From Guillardia theta CCMP2712 (taxonomy: Eukaryota; Protista; Cryptophyta), in contig NW_005434592.1 of NCBI RefSeq assembly GCF_000315625.1, positions 11,454-75,453 of the forward strand: a DNA stretch of 64,000 nucleotides. Reading direction: 5' to 3'. Each line of letters begins with the position of its first letter. The stretch's first letter is position 1. The notes beneath the pieces were generated by a model that saw only the letters and a list, made by a program, of their open reading frames with translations, was not told the origin of the DNA and did no database searches. A program made the translations under genes and the position numbers. Positions 1-11,431 of this stretch are shown here, piece after piece.

Positions 1-856
1 GGCGCCCGGCCGGGCGCAATGCACTGGCCCCGCGGCCGGCCGCCTCGGGACTCGGAGAATTTGGCAGGCCGCGATGGGGTGATTCCGTCCGATCGGCGTC
101 GTATGGTTCCGCGGACTCGGACAATCAGACAATCACTGGTACTCGTACTGATTTTCACTTCACTTTGAGTAAAGGTACTCTGCCGCGAACTCAGTTTGAG
201 TAAAATTGGATAAAGTTGAGTAAAGGCCCGCCCAGTGACCCTCAGGCTCTCAGTGAGGTTCAAGCCCAGGCTCAGTGCCGCCGCCCGGCCAGTGTCCGAT
301 CGGAGATTACGTCATTCCCGGCAAAGATCCCTCAGTCACCCGTTATGATGACCGGGCCTCTCACTAATACTGTCAGACAGTACTACTACTGTGATAAGAC
401 TCCGCTTGAAGGCAATCAAGATACAGTGACTATCATCCGTGATGCCATGTCTCCTTGTAACTCCGAGTCAGTCGTTCAGAGGCGCGGCGAAAAGATCTAC
501 ATGATATCGAGAACAAAGAGAAAGCTACCACCGGTATAAATCTATTAGAAAGGACCGGGTATATCTTTCCGGCCCTTAAATCCCTTTACTGCAATCGAAA
601 CCTCGCTATTTCATGAAGAGGCCGGCAAGGATGACAGGAGACGGTCTCCGTGTTCGTCATCCTCCTTGTCCCGCTCCTACTTTGGCCCCAACCCTCCCCG
701 TGCTTCACCCTCCGGAGTTCGCAAGGGATACTGAAGTCAGTCTTTATCTTTCCATTTCCCTTCCTCTCCTCCAAACCCAACTGAACTCCATACTCCCCTC
801 CACACCTTCATCTCTTCCTAGTCTTCTCCCCTCCAACCAACATATACATAAACAAC

Positions 857-1669
857 ATGGATGAAAAGTTCTTATTTCCATATGATGACGACATGCTCTC
901 CCAACACCCCCAACCACCCTTCCTCTCCTCCCCTGCTCCCCCCCAGACGGAGCCTCCCTCCTGCCAAGATCGTCTCCAGCATGACAGCATCAGCTCTCAG
1001 ATCTCCTCCGCCCGCGTCGCGCTCGTCTGCCCTCGCAAGAAGAAGGCAGGCCCTGGCCAGTCTCCCCGACAGCCCGACGACCCGGTCGTGCTGACGAGAG
1101 AGCTTCTGGAGGGCCTCTTCGATCGCTCGCTCGCTGCGGCATCGGAGGCGCTTGGGATCTGCCCTACGGCCATCAAGAAAGCCTGCAGGAGGCTCGGGAT
1201 CGACAAGTGGCCTTTCAAGGGGCCGGCAGGGAGGTCCAGCAAGCCACCTACCCCGCCATCCTCGTCGGCCATGTCGGGAGGGTGTGTGGCATCGGTGGAG
1301 GTGTCAGCGTGCGAGGACCTGCCGCTATCAAGCCATGACGTTTGTTCGCTTGAGATCGTTCCGTCGAAGTGCGAATTTTTGCAGTGCAAAACTAAGCCGA
1401 GTGAATTTTTTTCCTGTTTCAGCTTTGAAGGCCATTCAAGGACACTGCAAGATAAGATCGACGATCCTCACTGCACGGAGACCCGCCATTGCCCTCTTCT
1501 GCTTCAACGCCGAGACTCTCTCGACCAGTACGCGTCCATGCTCGCCGTACCTCCAGGAGAGGAGGGGCAAGGCGACGCCGTGTTCTGGAAGGAGCTGCTG
1601 GGGATGCTGCCGGAGGAGGTGAAGGGGAAGAGGGTGGAGGCCGACTTTGACTTTTCCTGTCGTTTATGA
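857..1669 (+). CDS. RWP-RK domain transcription factor
   Basis: Intronless 270-aa ORF with VVLTRELLEGLFDRSLAAASEALGICPTAIKKACRRLGIDKWPFK, matching the RWP-RK (NIN/MID-like) helix-turn-helix consensus. Confidence 0.9.
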   Translation: MDEKFLFPYDDDMLSQHPQPPFLSSPAPPQTEPPSCQDRLQHDSISSQISSARVALVCPRKKKAGPGQSPRQPDDPVVLTRELLEGLFDRSLAAASEALGICPTAIKKACRRLGIDKWPFKGPAGRSSKPPTPPSSSAMSGGCVASVEVSACEDLPLSSHDVCSLEIVPSKCEFLQCKTKPSEFFSCFSFEGHSRTLQDKIDDPHCTETRHCPLLLQRRDSLDQYASMLAVPPGEEGQGDAVFWKELLGMLPEEVKGKRVEADFDFSCRL

Positions 1670-2138
1670 TCTTGCGTGGATCATGGATAACCATGTTTAC
1701 TTGCGAGGCATACCATATCATGTTATATGTTTGCTCAATAAAACTTGAAGATGTTGATTTGCGGCTTGAAATTAGTTTTTTAAGCACAGTTCAGACTGTC
1801 GACTGATCCCTGGCAAGAGCGGTGGTCCGCAGGGCTAAGCCAGCAAGGGACACTGACACGATCCTGGTAGGACACCGGCTGGCAACATAACTAGAGCCTC
1901 GCAGTCATTCGAGTTTTGAAAGATCTGCTGCAGCCGGCCGGCAGCAGGACGGTTCGAACGGTGCCTTCAACTTGCTCATCCACCTGATTGAATCAAGTGC
2001 TTGGCATCAGTTGTCTGAGTTCTTGTCAGTCATTCTGGTTGCGGATTGTAGTACGCCATACCGGAGAAAAGAATAAAATTTGTTACAAGATAGAAACTCT
2101 CCACGGAAGTGTAGTACACCGGACACAACTCGGAAGTT

Positions 2139-3086
2139 TCAAAAATATTTCCAATCATCAGCAAGTTTTCTCCTCAGTAACCGAATCTTCGCAGCCGTTT
2201 TTTGATTGCTTCTAAAGGTATACTTGTTTTGATTGCTGGAAATAACACCCGTGGGTGACTGACCGCTCCTGCTTTCTCTGTTGCCAAACAGATTCCACAG
2301 CAAAGATTTGTTTGTGTTCGCCGACGTCCTGAACGTTTGAGACTGAAATCTTTCTACAGGACCCGCTTTGTAATCCACTTTCATCATTGCAGCTGCGTCT
2401 TGTCGAAAGGATGGCGTCATCTGCCGTGAGGACGTGGCATTGTCTCTTTGCAGTTCCGGTGCACCACGTGGTAGTTGGGCTTGTTTCCAATATTCATGTT
2501 TTTGCTCGAACAATCCCACAGAGCTCTTGTCATCTGCATTCCTGCGGCGAAGGAGAAGGTGCGCAAGGTAGGATTGGACGGATTGGTGGATTTCACCTCT
2601 CAGCCTATGTCTCAAGTATCCCATCGAGGTCTTGTCAAAAGAAGAGTCCTGTTCAAGATCATAACAGCTCGGAGAGTCGAAATGCGTCAACAGATTACGT
2701 TTCACATCCATGATTTCTTTCTGTTCGCCCTTGATAATCTTGATCTCGGCCTCAATCAGCCTTTGCACAATTCCAGGGCTGGCAGCAATCTCGCTCGAGT
2801 GAATTGCTTCCTGCTCGTCCTGGTCCGCATCGCTCGACATCTCACCGATCAGACGACTGAGTGATTTCGCGTCCATCCTGGCGTTCACCCTCATCGACAA
2901 CGGTGTGCGCTTGCAGAGCAGCGACTGCTTCAAACCTTGTTGTCTTGTGAGCAGCAACACTGCCTCTGTCCCAGCTTTATCATCGTCAGCATTCTTGGAC
3001 AGGGAATCGAGAGAGAGTGCAAGCAGGAACAAAGAGGTAAGCGCCGTAGTACACGACCATGGTAGGCGCCGTGTTGACCTGGACAT
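2139..3086 (-). CDS. Hypothetical protein with N-terminal signal or anchor (3' end may be spliced)
   Basis: 315-aa ORF with a hydrophobic N-terminal stretch (TALTSLFLLALSL); no recognisable domain. Confidence 0.5.
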   Translation of the reverse strand: MSRSTRRLPWSCTTALTSLFLLALSLDSLSKNADDDKAGTEAVLLLTRQQGLKQSLLCKRTPLSMRVNARMDAKSLSRLIGEMSSDADQDEQEAIHSSEIAASPGIVQRLIEAEIKIIKGEQKEIMDVKRNLLTHFDSPSCYDLEQDSSFDKTSMGYLRHRLRGEIHQSVQSYLAHLLLRRRNADDKSSVGLFEQKHEYWKQAQLPRGAPELQRDNATSSRQMTPSFRQDAAAMMKVDYKAGPVERFQSQTFRTSANTNKSLLWNLFGNRESRSGQSPTGVISSNQNKYTFRSNQKTAAKIRLLRRKLADDWKYF

Positions 3087-3152
3087 GAAAACGATCCCTC
3101 AAGTCTATTTTGGGCTCGCGAGTGATGCAGCAGTGATAGGTTGAAGTTCAAT

Positions 3153-3431
3153 TTGACTTTTTCTTTCGCAGCCGGGCCGCGCGCGGCCCGGCCCGGGGCC
3201 GGGGCAAACGGCAGTGTCCGATGCCATGATGATCCGCCGATGATGATCGGATCATGAACGCCGTAACCGCCGGCGCATCACTGGGCCACACGTTCACAAG
3301 TTGACTTTTTCTTTCGCAGCCGGGCCGCCGCGCGGCCCGGGCCGGGGCAAACGGCAGTGTCCGCTTCATGCCATGATGATCCGATGATCATGAACGCCGT
3401 AACCGCCGGCGCCTCACTGGGCCACACGTTC
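3153..3431. repeat. Imperfect tandem duplication (~140 bp x2) within a GC-rich island
   Basis: 3153-3295 and 3301-3431 both read TTGACTTTTTCTTTCGCAGCCGGGCCGC...GGGGCAAACGGCAGTGTCCG...ATGAACGCCGTAACCGCCGGCGC.TCACTGGGCCACACGTTC. Confidence 0.9.
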
Positions 3432-3701
3432 CATGTCAACGGAGCTCGGACAGCCACTCCAGGCGGCTCAGCACACTGCCGATCAACCGTGCAACGGTGA
3501 CTGACGGTTGTGCGGCGCCGCCGCGCCTGGGCCGCGCGGCGCGGCGGCCGCAGTGCCTCAGTCCCGCCGGATAGACGGCCCGTTCGGGCGTCCACCGCCC
3601 GCGGCGGCCGCGAACACTCAGCCTCCGTGACTTTGCGGCCGGGCCCGTGCCCCGGCGGCTTCAAGTACTGACAGGGCCGTGGCAAGCCGCTGAGCCTCGG
3701 G

Positions 3702-3749
3702 CCACTCCTGATTGTCCTCGTACTGATCTTTAACTTAACTTTGAGTAAA
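3702..3749 (+). repeat. Dispersed repeat terminus CCACTCCTGATTGTCCTCGTACTGATCTTTAACTTAACTTTGAGTAAA
   Basis: The 21-mer TTTAACTTAACTTTGAGTAAA is identical at 3729-3749, 54058-54078 and (reverse) 54235-54255; a 2-mismatch copy is at 153-173. Confidence 0.85.
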
Positions 3750-4463
3750 GAGTTCTGGGGCTGAGCGGCGACTGACTCTGAGGCAGGTTCGACTCCCTAA
3801 AGAAGGCAGCGAGATCTGACCGACTCCCTTTTACCGTACCGTTTCGTTTTCAGGGTTGACGGTCAACCAGACGTGCTCACGTCATCGATAGTCATACTGA
3901 CCTGACGTGCATGCTTCGAAAAGACTTATTTTCATTCATTTGGATATGGACATAGAAGCCACCCCCCTTTTCATTTGGGGTTTCACCCCTACCCTTCACC
4001 TGCCCTGCCATATGGCCCGAGAGACAAGATCAACTCCGAGACGACCTCTTCAAAGAGACTGTTCCCGCCCCCACTACCACCCGTCATAATGACTACTTAT
4101 ATGAGGGTAGCCGTCTGTGGTGGCTCCCGTGAGCCTTTTGCTGACGGGTGACAGGAGTAAACCACTAAAAATCGCAATGATTGAAAATGGCCGCGCGAAG
4201 GATATAGTGTTAAGCACTGCAGCGGTTCGGATTAGATACCCGATCTGAATCGAGAAGAATCTTTTTCGAATTTTGATCCGTCCCCCAGCGTTACCTTATC
4301 ACGGACTGGTCCTTCTCAAAGAGACAGACGAAACTGCTTCAGAATTCACTTCGTGTTCTCATTGTTTCAAATTTAAAGCAACAATTTCGAAACCCCCACT
4401 CTATTAAAAGTGTTATTATAGTAATCGTTGGCCTCCGTGATCCGCAACAGGATCCGCATGGGA

Positions 4464-4470
4464 TATAAAA
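4464..4470 (+). promoter_or_regulatory. Putative TATA box of the second RWP-RK gene
   Basis: TATAAAA about 85 nt upstream of ATG 4553, followed by a pyrimidine-rich leader. Confidence 0.45.
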
Positions 4471-4552
4471 GCAGCAGCAGCTCCTCCTCCTCCTCACTTC
4501 ATTTCCTGCCGCTACCTCGGTCTACTCTCATCGGTCCACGTGAGAGATAAAC

Positions 4553-5272
4553 ATGACAGCCTTCACCTTCGCAGACACGAAACAAACCTCTTCCTCCTCT
4601 CCTCTTCCTCAGAATGCTGCTCCTGTTTGCTCTCAATCTTACCCCCATATCTGGAACGAGCCTGACGCAAGTTTCTCCCAACACCCTTCCAACATCAACT
4701 CCGAGAAGGTCGCTCTTGTTTGTCCGAGGCGGAAGAAGAACCCCTCCGCGGCTAAAAGGGATGCTGAGGACCCTGTAGTGCTCACGAGGGAACTGTTGGA
4801 AAGCTTGTTCAGCCTTCCGCTCTCGTCCGCCTCCGAGCGGCTAGGGATCTGTCCTACCGCCATCAAGAAGGCATGCAGAAAGCTCGGCATCCCCAAGTGG
4901 CCGTTCAAGAATCAGAGCAGGAGGGGAGCATGCCAGAAGCAAGTGAGCGAAGCGTCAGGCGAGGACAAGGCAGTGTTCGGAGAGCCTGCTCCCCAGGCAG
5001 AGCAAGGCAGGGCGAACGAGCCCTATCACACAGTGTCAGCGCCGGACTTGGCCGCCTTCGAGGAGCCTGCGCACCGTAATGGAGAGAGCGAAGTGCACTA
5101 TGGTATGAGTTCGTTCCAACCCTTAGCGCCTTTCGATGAGGGCGTGTTGTTCCTGAAAGGGAGCGAGTTGGGTCAAGCGCTGATGAATCCCTTGGAAGAG
5201 GACCTAGCGGACGAGATGTTCTGGAAGGAGATAGAAAGAGTTATCCCTGCCAAGCGGAGCTCTGCTTGTTAG
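4553..5272 (+). CDS. RWP-RK domain transcription factor (paralogue of 857-1669)
   Basis: Intronless 239-aa ORF with VVLTRELLESLFSLPLSSASERLGICPTAIKKACRKLGIPKWPFK. Confidence 0.9.
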   Translation: MTAFTFADTKQTSSSSPLPQNAAPVCSQSYPHIWNEPDASFSQHPSNINSEKVALVCPRRKKNPSAAKRDAEDPVVLTRELLESLFSLPLSSASERLGICPTAIKKACRKLGIPKWPFKNQSRRGACQKQVSEASGEDKAVFGEPAPQAEQGRANEPYHTVSAPDLAAFEEPAHRNGESEVHYGMSSFQPLAPFDEGVLFLKGSELGQALMNPLEEDLADEMFWKEIERVIPAKRSSAC

Positions 5273-5456
5273 CTTGTTTGTCTTAATCTATTTTGTTGGA
5301 AATTAAATGTTACATGTCGGATGTTTTCGCCAACTCAAATCAACTTGCCGATTTTCTTGCAATGGAATTGAGTATGAGAGGAGCAAGCAGGGAGCCATTC
5401 CATTCAGTTAGCGTATGAAGAGCACAAAGTCACTTGAATTGCCGAGGAGCTGGGGG

Positions 5457-8400
5457 TCAGATGGGCTTCTTGACGTCAGGGGCCCGGTACTTTTCGTGCT
5501 TCTTATCAATAGGCTGTAGCTTCAGCATCCTCCCCGTCTTCGCTATGGCGCTTCCAACAATTGTACGCGCGTCGATGCTCAGCTGACCAGCCGCTGCTCC
5601 TTGTCTCTTGTCGGGCTGACCAGCCGAACTGCTCTCCGTGCTGCCTTGGAGACTCGGCGCCGGTGCATGACCCACCGAGGACGGAGCATCTATCATGGCC
5701 GGCCCACCGTCCTCCCTTAACCCTTCTTCCTTCCTGTGACTTCTGCCAGCACCTTCTGCTCTGATACCGCTGGTGACACAAAGGGATGCTTCAGGCCTTT
5801 TCACTTTGCCCTGCCCCACCAGCATGCTCTCAACTAGCGTCAGCGTTCGCTCCTGCTCGCTCTTGAACATCTCCTCGAAGAGGGTAATCCCGAGCTCCAC
5901 GTGAGGCTTCGACACCTGTTTGACCCCGTCCGTCTTCGCGACGTTGTTTGCGGATCGCAGGATGCAGGCAGTGGTGACCTCGAGGAAGTGGGCGAAGCAG
6001 ATGAGAACGTCGGTGAAGAGCTGGTAGTCGAGTCTGCCGCCTTCAGCCTCCACCGGTCCCCCGTCCCCTACCTCGGGGTCGGGAGACTGTGGGTAGACCT
6101 GTTTCTCCTCAAGTTTGACAGCAGCTGCCTTCAATGCCTCGTAGGAGATCATGTGCTCGCCGACACTCATCTCGCACGCCTCCAGGTCCAGCGGAGTCTG
6201 ATGGGAGTGCCTGTTGGGTTCGCCGGGCTGCGAGCACTTGACAAGCAGCGTCTTTGCCAGCTTCTCAAGCCCGTCCCTCGTTCTGGTGTCGCAGGACTCA
6301 AAAATCTTGTTTATCGTGTCCTCCATCTTATCCAGGTAGTGATGCTTGGCTGATGCTGAGAAAGGAAGGAGGTCACTGCTGCTGACCCTCACCATGGATT
6401 CGAACAAGATGCTGAGCCCCGTGTGCCAGTCCGAGACGAACTCCCAGAAGAAGTCCTCACTCCGGCAGATATCAGCTTCAAAAATTTTCTGATTCATCTC
6501 AGTCAATCCTGTTCCTGTTCCTGCTCCTGTTCCATCTCCTCCTCCATCTCCTGCTCTTGCACCACCACCACCACCTCCTCCTCCTCCTCCTCCAACCAGA
6601 CTTTTTCCTCGTCCTTTTCCTAGACTTCCCGCTCCAGCAGACCGAAAGCTGGCCATTTTCTTTTTGCTAGTTTGAGGGTACTTCTGCCCGGTACGTTTCT
6701 CGGGAAAGAAGGGCAAGTGCTTTTTGGCAAACTTGTTGTAGATCCTCTCATAGCGGATGACTGTGTAGGCGAAGAAGATTGACCAGGTGAGCACAGCGTC
6801 CTGCTGCTTCAAGTCGAAGAACCTCGAGACGATGGCGATGAGAAAGTTGAGGACGAGGATGCAAGAGAAGACAGCCCACACGATGTTGAGGATCATGGCG
6901 ATCTGCGAGTTCTCCGACGCGTAGATGAAGCCCCGGTTGTCCACCTCCCCGAAGGAGACCCAGAGGAGGCTCGCGACGTTGATGCCAAAGTTGTTCTGGA
7001 AGGTGAAGTTGGTGTCGGGGATGGGCTGAGCGATCTTGGCATCCTTGTAGGTCGTGTGCATCGCGGAGGAAAAGGCCAGGAGGACGATGATATACACGAC
7101 AGCCCACAGGAAGACGCTTTGCATGAGGACCTTGAAGAGCAAGATCGACAGGATGCCCAGCTGCTTGAAGGGAAGGCAGAGGACGAAGAGGTAGTAGGAG
7201 TAGAGGACCAGGGAGATTGCGTTGAGATTCAGCTCGAACATCATCGAGCCAGCCAGGCGGCAGGCGAACGCTGACTTGACGCAGAGGCCGATGATGAAGC
7301 CCAGGATGGAGTTGAGATTCTTCAGGATGAACTGAATGAGGCGCTTCGTGTAGTGGTGGTGCGACTTCTTGCCCCAGCCCAAGACGCTGTTGAAGCTCGA
7401 GGGGTCCCAGTCGTGCTGCTTCCACCGGCAGCATTTGAAGCTTGCGTAGAGGAAGAGGAGGTTGCAGAAGAGGGTGAAGACTTCGAGCGCGACTGATACC
7501 TTCTCCATCCTGGAAGAGCCAGCGCTGAAGCCTTTTGTGAAGGGCGGCGGGCTGCTCGATGAGTAAGTCTTGCCGTTCCAAAAGTCCAGCTGCAGTACAG
7601 CACAGTCAAGCAGAAGGAGAGAGGAAGAGAAAATGAAGGAGGATGCGAAGAAAGATGAAGGAAGAAATGGAGGAGGTGGAGGGGAGGAGAAGGAGGAGGG
7701 GAGGAGAAGGAGGAGGAGGAGCGGAGGAGTTGGAGGAGGAGGGGAGGAGGAGGAAGGGGTAGCTGGGAGGAGCAGAAGATTGAGAGTATTGTTCAGCATG
7801 AGGACTGAAGAATGAAGTTTCAACCTCAATGCAACGGACGAAAACGTTCGCGATCAGCAGCATGTAGAACAAGAAGGCAGGGACGAGGGAGAACATCACA
7901 AAAAACCAACAGATGTGGGATTTCCACTTGTCCTCAATCAATTCCTGCATCAGCTCGTCCGCACACAGAGACTGCAGCTCATGGTTGACGTAGATCTCGA
8001 TCGCGCTCCTCCAGTGGCCCTTGTGCAGTTCCGCCAGCATGTGGTTGGATTCGTCGGAATGGATGCGGAAGGTGTCGATCTGGGAGAGGGAAAGGTAGAC
8101 GTGCTGCTTGTTGGAGTACTTCCACGAGTCGTATTGGAAGCAGCGTTGGCGGATGTACTGAAACATCTCCAAGTTGCCCACGCGGACAGCGAGAGTCAAC
8201 CTGGGGAAGGAGTCTTGAGTCTTGATCGGGGAAGGGGAAAGGGGGGTGAAGGAGATGGTGAGGGGTAAAGGAGCATCTTCAGCAGCAGCAGCAGCAGCAG
8301 TGGTAGACTAAAGGAGGAGCAGAAGCAGGAGAGGGAGAGGGAGAGGGAGAGGGAGAGGGAGAGGGAGAGGGAGAGGGAGAGGGAGAGGGAGAGGGAGAGG

Positions 8401-10557
8401 GAGAGGGAGAGGGAGAGGGAGAGGGAGAGGGAGAGGGAGAGGGAGAGGGGAGGGAGAGGGGAGGGAGAGGGAGAGGGAAAAGGGAGAGGATAGTGGTGGC
8501 GGTGGTCTGTGGAACATGCGGCAGAAGCGGCAGCAGCAGAGGAGGAAGAGGAGGAGGAGGAGGAGGAGGAGAAAGAGGAGGAGGAGGAGGAGAAAGTGGA
8601 GGAGGAGGAGGAGAAAGAGGAGGAGGAGGAGGAGAAAGAGGAGGAGGAACGCCGCAATTCAACTCACGGGGTGAATCCAAATTTGTTCTTTTTGAGCATG
8701 TACTGTTCGAGCATTTCCATGTCCTTGTTCGCATCGTGGTACTGGCAGGAGTCGTGCTCGGCACTTGTTTTCTCCTTCCTACTGTGGTGCCGGATGAACA
8801 GGCAGAGCCATTCGAAGATCTCCATCCGCCCATGCAGCGCTGCCATGTGGAACGGGTTGTTGTCATACTGGTCCTGCTTGTGCGTCAGGAAAGTCCAGAG
8901 GAGGAGGAGCGTACAGTTTCGAAAACGCCCTGGGACTCATAGATGCGTTCAGCTAGCATCGAGCAGATCTTGAGGTTGCCCTTGGCAACGGCGATCATCA
9001 GCGGCGTTGTACCCCAGTAGTGAAAGAACTGCTCTGTGTCATCGTGAGAAGGACGAGGACGAGGACGACGACGAGGAGGAGCAGGAGAAGGAGAAGGATT
9101 AGAACGAAGCGGTGGTAATAGAGGAGGAGGAGAAGAAGAAAGAGGAGGAGAAGGAGGAAGAGGAGGAAGTACAAGAGGAGGAGGTGCAGGAGGAGGAGGA
9201 AGAGGAGGTGTAGGAGAAGGAGGAGGAGGAGGAGGAGGAGGAGGAGGAGGAGGTGTAGGAGGAAGAGGAGGTGTAGGAGGAGGAGGCAATCGTACTTCCT
9301 TTGTAAAAGTAGGATCGTTTGTTCTCTTGACTTGAGAGAGATGAAAATGAACAAGGTCTACAGTAGCAGGAGCAGCAGCAGTGGCAGCAGCCTGTGCAGC
9401 AGCATCCGCTGTTGTTGTCGCTCTGGAAGTTGAAAAGCAGTCAAGGCCAAGAGCAGGAGCAACAAAGAGATAGAGGCGGGGAGAGGAAAGCAAAAGCTAA
9501 CTAAGATCTGATGAAAGATGAGGCGGTGAAAGAGGAGGCAGTGAAGGAGGAGTTGGGGAGGTAAGAATCAGCAGGATAAGAACGAGGAACAGATATAGCC
9601 AGGGGAGAGCAGGCGGGAGGGAGGGAGGCAGGGAGGACCTTATCAGAACTGTCAGATGGAAATATGCTGGTAGTCAGTGCGAGTCAGTCATGACGGGCAT
9701 CCAAGTTGAGAGCTTACAAGGGGGGTTGCAAGTATTTGCAGGAACAATCTAAATTCTTGTCCATATGGTCGACCTTTTTCTTGCCTTCCCCAGCGTTAGC
9801 TTGCCTGTGAGCCTCCAGGAACACCCTGTGCGATGATGGGTCAAGGAAGGGAGGCAGGTTTCTCCTCGTCACTTCAGGGTCTCGAGGTCGTTGTAGAAGA
9901 CGACGATGTGTATGAGCGATGCTCCTGCGGGACAAGATGAACAGGAGGAACAAGGCCTTCCGTGACTATCACCTTCGAAATCGTTGTAGACTTTTGGCTT
10001 TTGGTTGGTGATGCTTTCGATCACTTTCAAATCCTGGAGCTCAGAAGTCAAAACACGTCAGGCAAGCGGCAGAGCGAACTCACGGAGCGAAATGCTTCAT
10101 AGGGAAGTTCTCTATTTTTCGAGACGAGCGTTTTTAAGATAAACCTTCCTTTCTTCAGCAGTTGCTGGCGGACTGCCGAATCATTCTCCTCGTAGGCATT
10201 CAGAAAGTAGACACAGCAGTAGATGATCAAATGGTCCAGCCTTTGGTCTTTGTTGCAGAAGGATATGATATTGTTGTCAAGGTCCTCCTCGCCGGAAGCG
10301 CTGTCATCGACATGGCAGCATGGGTCCTTTTCAGCCCAGTCCTTGCCGTTCACACGGGATACTTTCTGCTCCATGATGGTATTGATGATACTTTCCCACA
10401 GCATTCGGGGGGGGACTTCATCTTCTTCCTTGTCCCGGACTTCATCTCCTACCTTGTCCCGGACTTTATCTCCTTCCTTGTCCCGGACTTCATCTCCTTC
10501 CTTGTCCTGCTGCCTACCCTGCTCCTCCTCCTGCCCGGCCTGCCCCTCCGCCGCCAT
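5457..10557 (-). CDS. Ankyrin-repeat TRP channel, TRPV-like (multi-exon)
   Basis: Ankyrin motifs (YWGTTPLMIAVAKGN, NPFHMAALHGRMEIF, NKFGFTP-LTLAVRVGNLEMF), a TRPV-type linker (WKYSNKQHVYLSLSQIDT), pre-S1 ELIEDKW, TM segments, pore helix LLWVSFGEVD, S6 ILVLNFLIAIVS and a TRP-box-like W.....YTVIRYER. Confidence 0.85.
8328..8650. repeat. Intronic microsatellites (GAGAGG)n and (GAG)n
   Basis: Directly visible simple repeats inside an intron of the TRP gene. Confidence 0.95.
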
Positions 10558-11001
10558 TTACCTGCTGGGCCCAGCAGCAGTTGAACCCACCAGTTCAAGC
10601 CGGCGGCCCGGTGACCCCGGCCCGGTGAACGGTCGGACCGGCTACTCCGCCGGGCCGGGCCCATTCCGGATGCTCGCCGATCCGAGGCATGGCATCGGAT
10701 ACGGGACGGTGCGACGGTGCCTCGGACAGTGCCGCGCGTGCCGCGGCCCGCCGGGCCCCTGGCCGTGACCCAGTCACCCGTGGACCTACTCAAAGTTTTA
10801 ATCAATGATGAGACCAAAACAGAAGGATAAAGATGGACTTGAAAAAGGAGGAGTCACAGGCTGCCGTGCTTACAAGCCCGGACGGTCCCGCTTCAGTGTA
10901 GTGGTCAGTGGACTCTCAGCCTGAGTCAGTCCTACGGAACTTGGAAGGTGGCCGGGCACCGGGAGGCCCGGCGCGCACCGCAGCGGTGACTGAGACAAAA
11001 A

Positions 11002-11074
11002 TGGACAACCCGGGTATCGATCCCGGTGCCTCTCGCATGCTAAGCGAGCGCTCTACCATCTGAGCTAGTCGCCC
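11002..11074 (-). tRNA. tRNA-Ala (anticodon AGC)
   Basis: Reverse complement GGGCGACTAGCTCAGATGGTAGAGCGCTCGCTTAGCATGCGAGAGGCACCGGGATCGATACCCGGGTTGTCCA folds as a cloverleaf with the G3:U70 alanine identity pair, and is followed by a TTTTT Pol III terminator (10997-11001). Confidence 0.97.
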
Positions 11075-11329
11075 TTATATGTGTCGTAGACCCCTAGCTG
11101 CTAAATCCCCTTTAGCTCTCAGTCACGGTCTTGAAAGGACTTGTCTTGGCCAGTCTGGTCGCGTGACGCTCCCCGCCATGGTAACCCTACCCCCCATTTC
11201 TTTTGATCTTAGCAGGGGTGGTTAACAATAATGACACCGGAAATAGAACAAAAAGTTGCAAGAAGGTACGTGACCCACGGAAATGTTACAGTCCCGGTTT
11301 TCAATGGCCACCGCTAGAATGCTGCGAAC

Positions 11330-11431
11330 TGCTGATGCTGATGCTGATGCTGATGCTGATGCTGCTGATGTTTATGCTGATGCTGCTGATGTTTATGCTG
11401 ACGCTGACGCTGACGCTGACGCTGCTGATGC
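11330..11431. repeat. (GCTGAT/GCTGAC)n hexamer microsatellite
   Basis: Directly visible. Confidence 0.9.

Noticed and set aside
3759-3796. Pol III A-box-like GGCTGAGCGG and B-box GGTTCGACTCC (tRNA or SINE?)
   Set aside because: The boxes are only about 17 nt apart and no cloverleaf can be folded; at most a degenerate remnant.
8196-9493. Long low-complexity ORFs (poly-S/P/L/E)
   Set aside because: They are translations of intronic microsatellites in the TRP gene. The same applies to similar ORFs at 17100-18400, 37166-40200 and 46996-47716.
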